The notes beneath the pieces are model-generated. The model made no database searches. It was not told the origin of the DNA and saw nothing but the letters and a program-made list of their open reading frames with translations. A DNA stretch of 20,000 nt from an uncultured virus (IMG/VR IMGVR_UViG_3300031841_004526) (taxonomy: Duplodnaviria; Heunggongvirae; Uroviricota; Caudoviricetes): IMG/VR virus record IMGVR_UViG_3300031841_004526. One strand, given 5' to 3'. This document shows positions 16,553-20,000 of this stretch, one piece after another. Each line of letters begins with the position of its first letter. The stretch's first letter is position 1. Position numbers and translations under genes: made by a program.

Positions 16553-17245
16553 TTACAACCTATCCACCATATCTGCAATAATGGGATTTCGAACAATATC
16601 AGATACTTCTAGGTGGGAAAAACCAATGTTATGGACTCCCTGCAATCGCTGTATAATATCATAAAAACCATTACGGCGATTTTCCTGTAAATCTGACTGC
16701 TCTAAGTCTCCTGTCAATACCATTTTACTGTCTATGCCTATGCGTGTCAAGAGCATTTTTAATTGTTCATAAGACGCATTTTGACATTCGTCTGCAACAA
16801 TAAATGCTTCGTGAAAGCTACGCCCACGCATAAGGCCGAGAGGAACAATTTCTATTTGTCGAGAAGATTTCAGCTTATTAAAATGTTGAGGTTTTAAAAA
16901 GTAATCAATTTCATCAAATAGTGGTAATAAATATGGGTGTAGTTTTTCTTCAGCAGTACCTGGGAGGAAGCCTAACTTTTCTCCAGCTTCAACTACTGGT
17001 CTAGTAATAACAATTTTCTTTACTTTAAAATCTAGTAGGTATTCTAAAGCCATACCAACGGCAATATGTGTTTTACCACTACCAGGAACACCTTGACAGA
17101 AACTAACGGTGTTTTCTGCAACAGTGCGAATGTAGTCTTTTTGATTAATAGATCTTGGTTTTAATCTATTTTTAAATCCAATGACAACTTCTTCTGGAGG
17201 GGTAAGTGGATTTCGACCACGATTGGTTTTGTTTCTTTTTCTCAA
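16553..17245 (-). CDS. phoH: PhoH-family ATPase
   Basis: 'GVPGSGKT', 'TRPVVEAGEKLGFLPG', 'MRGRSF', 'DECQN', 'LLTRIG' and 'GDLEQSD'. TTG start with AAAGG upstream. Confidence 0.96.
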   Translation of the reverse strand: MRKRNKTNRGRNPLTPPEEVVIGFKNRLKPRSINQKDYIRTVAENTVSFCQGVPGSGKTHIAVGMALEYLLDFKVKKIVITRPVVEAGEKLGFLPGTAEEKLHPYLLPLFDEIDYFLKPQHFNKLKSSRQIEIVPLGLMRGRSFHEAFIVADECQNASYEQLKMLLTRIGIDSKMVLTGDLEQSDLQENRRNGFYDIIQRLQGVHNIGFSHLEVSDIVRNPIIADMVDRL

Positions 17246-17267
17246 TGTTGTACCTTTCGGAATAGGT

Positions 17268-19463
17268 TTAAATTAGACAGGCACCACCGGCGCAACTAAT
17301 TTCTTCTATTCCTGTAGTATTATCTTCAGTTTCCAGTAGTTGCGTATAATCAACCTTATTAAAACTGCTATATAAATCTGTATAGATTTTCCAGTTATAG
17401 ACATCTTTCATACAGTATGTTAACCTTTTTAAATCACCGTCGAAATATCTTTTGGCAAATCTGTTCATTTTGATTTCAAAGAGCTGCTTATCATCAGGAT
17501 CGTCTTCAGATGCTTGTGAGAGCGTCATATAGTCGCAAGCAGCCCACAAATTATTATTAAAGGCATTCAACCCTAGCTCAATTAAACCAGAGCACCACAG
17601 GGCCGCTTCGCCATATTCTTTTACGATTTCTCGGCTGGTTAAAACCGTAGTAAACGGAGCCTGTGGGTAATCTTTATCACCGCTCTGAGGAATAAGGCTA
17701 ATTCCAGCAAAATACTTTCTGTTCTGATAAATATACTTCGTAACATCTTGCCATTCATCTGGCTTGACCGTCACAGTATTACTCACATTATGGCTAAGAA
17801 AATCTTGAGTACACAATGATCTGTTTTTACCAGAATGTACCCAGTTTTTCTGAGTGTCTTTTACAACACTAAGCATCTCTACCGCTGGAAGTTGGTTTTT
17901 CAGCTTAGATCCATCTGGCACTTCTACTGGAAATTTAATAACTTCGTCAGTATTGTTTGCTGACCAAGATGACTTTTCGCAAGCATGGGGATTATAGTTC
18001 TTGAAATGTTGATATGGTGCTTCTAATATATTTGCCTGCACATGCCTAATATATCGCTTAGCATGATGTGGATGAATACCAGAGCTTGTACCAAGCATAC
18101 TGCTACTGGTGCCTTCTGGCTTTAAGCAGGTTACTCTTGCTGCTTGATTGATATTGATTTTCTTTGAAAGCTCTTTGTTGGTTTCTACTGCTATTTTAGC
18201 ACCAGCTTTTAATACCTTTTCAGTTAGTACTAGTTCGTGCTTTTCCATGATACCAGTTAATGAAACACCGAGTAATGCTTCACGCTCAAAGATATTATTG
18301 CTAATTTCACCTAAATAATCTAGCTTTGTAAATCCAGCTTGCAGAGTACCAATAATGGCTGCTGCTTTACATCTTTCATAAAAATCTTCTTCGTCTGATA
18401 CCGACGAGCAGTTTATAGTTGATAGATTACAGCCTTGCCAACCAGACTTGCCTGTTTTCTCATCAACAGGCCACATTCCAACCTCAACGCAAGGATTGAA
18501 CGTCATTTCTGTTGAATCGCTCCAGATAAACCCTGGTTCACCAAACTCTTTGACAGATTCCATTAGTTTGGTAAATTGTTCTAATGTCGTATCATCTTTT
18601 AGTAATAATGCGGAATTATTGCTTCTGGCTCTTTGTGGATTATCAACATACCAATTACCAGTTTTAGCTTTTGCCATTTCCTGATCGTTGGCACTAAATA
18701 ATGCTAACGATGCGCTACGCCTAACCCCACCAGATAATACAGCATCGCTGCTGTGCATAACAATATCATAAGCATCAATCGGTCTGAGTTTTTTTCGCCC
18801 ATTTTCAACACACTGATCTAAAAGTTCTCGGATTTTTTCAAGACCATTTTGCAGAGGTTCGAATCCTGGGGCTTTACCAACACCAGATGATAATTGCGAA
18901 CCCTTTTCTCTAATATTAGAGTAATCAAAGACAATGTATTGATCTTGATATTTTGCAAATTGTTCTTCACTAGGTTTTACAAAGTATGAACTTAATAATA
19001 CACCAAGAGCATCTGCCCATCCTTCAATGCTATCTTCAATTACATATTTCATAGCTATTTCAGGTTTGGGATTTTGCGACAGCTGAGGCAGTTTAGCAAC
19101 GTGATGTTTTTGCACACTGAAACCTGTACCACTACCACAAAGCAATAGCCAAAAGCACTCTTGGAAAAATCTTAAACGATCACAATAAGAACTGGTGCAG
19201 TTATATATCTTAGCGTGTCTTTTAAGGATGGGTTCGCCGCCAAACTGTAAAGCTCTTTGACTACCTAACACTTTTTTCTTGTGCATCATATCATATGCCC
19301 AATCAATATCTTCACCGATATCTTGATCAGCATATTGAGTATGCATCATATCTCTAACTCTGTCTACTGCTTCTTTCCATGTTTCTCTGCGATTTTTATC
19401 TTCTATCCAACGAGCATACTTACTAACAAAGGTATAATTTTGAAGTTCTTGAATCGCAGACAT
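17268..19463 (-). CDS. nrdJ: Class II adenosylcobalamin-dependent ribonucleotide reductase (monomeric RTPR-like)
   Basis: 'IYNC', 'GSGTGFS', 'GGVRRSA', 'NPCVE', 'CNLSTIN', 'KPEGT' and a C-terminal redox pair 'CAGGAC'. No ATP-cone and no adjacent beta-subunit gene. SD AAGGAG. Confidence 0.92.
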   Translation of the reverse strand: MSAIQELQNYTFVSKYARWIEDKNRRETWKEAVDRVRDMMHTQYADQDIGEDIDWAYDMMHKKKVLGSQRALQFGGEPILKRHAKIYNCTSSYCDRLRFFQECFWLLLCGSGTGFSVQKHHVAKLPQLSQNPKPEIAMKYVIEDSIEGWADALGVLLSSYFVKPSEEQFAKYQDQYIVFDYSNIREKGSQLSSGVGKAPGFEPLQNGLEKIRELLDQCVENGRKKLRPIDAYDIVMHSSDAVLSGGVRRSASLALFSANDQEMAKAKTGNWYVDNPQRARSNNSALLLKDDTTLEQFTKLMESVKEFGEPGFIWSDSTEMTFNPCVEVGMWPVDEKTGKSGWQGCNLSTINCSSVSDEEDFYERCKAAAIIGTLQAGFTKLDYLGEISNNIFEREALLGVSLTGIMEKHELVLTEKVLKAGAKIAVETNKELSKKININQAARVTCLKPEGTSSSMLGTSSGIHPHHAKRYIRHVQANILEAPYQHFKNYNPHACEKSSWSANNTDEVIKFPVEVPDGSKLKNQLPAVEMLSVVKDTQKNWVHSGKNRSLCTQDFLSHNVSNTVTVKPDEWQDVTKYIYQNRKYFAGISLIPQSGDKDYPQAPFTTVLTSREIVKEYGEAALWCSGLIELGLNAFNNNLWAACDYMTLSQASEDDPDDKQLFEIKMNRFAKRYFDGDLKRLTYCMKDVYNWKIYTDLYSSFNKVDYTQLLETEDNTTGIEEISCAGGACLI

Positions 19464-19582
19464 ATTTGCTCCTTAACTATTGTCAGATTATAGCAATGAT
19501 TGGGGAAAGAGGTTAAAAAAGTTCATTGCTGCCATATTAGAAATATCACTACATTCGTTTCGTTTATCGCTGTTGTATCACT

Positions 19583-19610
19583 ATTATAGTACACCGCCAG
19601 CGACATGCAA
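19583..19610 (-). promoter_or_regulatory. Putative sigma70-type promoter upstream of nrdJ, overlapping the end of the deaminase gene
   Basis: Minus strand TTGCAT-N16-TATAAT, directly before the largest intergenic gap in the window (19464-19583). Confidence 0.6.
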
Positions 19611-20000
19611 CCATGAAAGATTTAGTGGCGTCTTAATTATTTCTATACCTGTTTGCTCTACAAAAAGGTTGAATCTTTTTTGCGCATTTTCATCAAATAG
19701 TGTAGTGCCGTGAGCATCGCCCATTACAACTTTCGTAACACCTTCTTGCCATAATGACATAATGCAATCATTACAACACTGTCCTGTTACATAGGCTATT
19801 CCATTATCTGGGCGTATCACACAATTTGCTAAAGCGTTACGTTCGGCATGAATCATCCAGTGATATTTTTCTGGCCGAGAGGTAGGAAGCTTAGAATCAT
19901 CCATACCTTTAGGAAAGCCATTATAGCCTACGCCTAGAATTCTATTTTGTTGATCTGTAATAATGCAGCCATGTTGAGTATGAATATCATGACTGCGTAA
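19584..20000 (-). CDS. dCMP deaminase (5' end outside the window)
   Basis: The frame stays open to the edge: LRSHDIHTQHGCIITDQQNRILGVGYNGFPKGMDD..., followed by the zinc-deaminase motifs 'HAERNA' and 'CCNDC'. Confidence 0.92.
   Translation of the reverse strand, partial: LRSHDIHTQHGCIITDQQNRILGVGYNGFPKGMDDSKLPTSRPEKYHWMIHAERNALANCVIRPDNGIAYVTGQCCNDCIMSLWQEGVTKVVMGDAHGTTLFDENAQKRFNLFVEQTGIEIIKTPLNLSWLHVAGGVL

Noticed and set aside
17252..17267. Small ACCT...AGGT hairpin over the phoH SD
   Set aside because: A 4-bp stem is too weak to tell apart from chance.
19464..19583. Cobalamin riboswitch upstream of the B12-dependent RNR
   Set aside because: The gap is only 120 nt and AT-rich, and I see no B12-box or multi-stem core on the coding strand.
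1609..19713. All other plus-strand ORFs, and the nested minus-strand ORFs at 10010-10240 and 10475-10768
   Set aside because: They lie within or opposite well-supported genes and show no recognisable motifs.

Overview
The window is a gene-dense, AT-rich segment with all genes on the minus strand and many stop/start overlaps. It is best read as the DNA replication and nucleotide-metabolism module of a large dsDNA bacteriophage (inference from gene content and organisation). In transcription order (right to left) it holds: dCMP deaminase (cut by the window edge), class II B12-dependent ribonucleotide reductase, PhoH, HNH nuclease, FmdB-type zinc ribbon, three hypotheticals, RecA/UvsX-like recombinase, Vsr/DUF559-like nuclease, a possible UvsY-like protein, a zinc-ribbon protein, DnaB helicase, primase, dNMP kinase, a Cas4/AddB-like nuclease, DNA polymerase III alpha, SSB and a glycosyltransferase cluster. 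The main finding is that the C-family polymerase (DnaE) is split into two genes with no visible intein. The break falls right after the third catalytic Asp, at the palm/fingers boundary. A 57-aa Cys-containing ORF (missed by the ORF track) and a DEDDh epsilon-like exonuclease lie between the halves. Other points: a probable ATT start codon for the Cas4-like nuclease, an SSB-like acidic tail on DnaB, a Cys-rich insertion in a glycosyltransferase placed behind ssb, and two similar sigma70-like promoters with 16-bp spacers. No tRNA, rRNA, CRISPR array or IS element was seen. All functional calls come from recognising motifs by eye; no searches were run.
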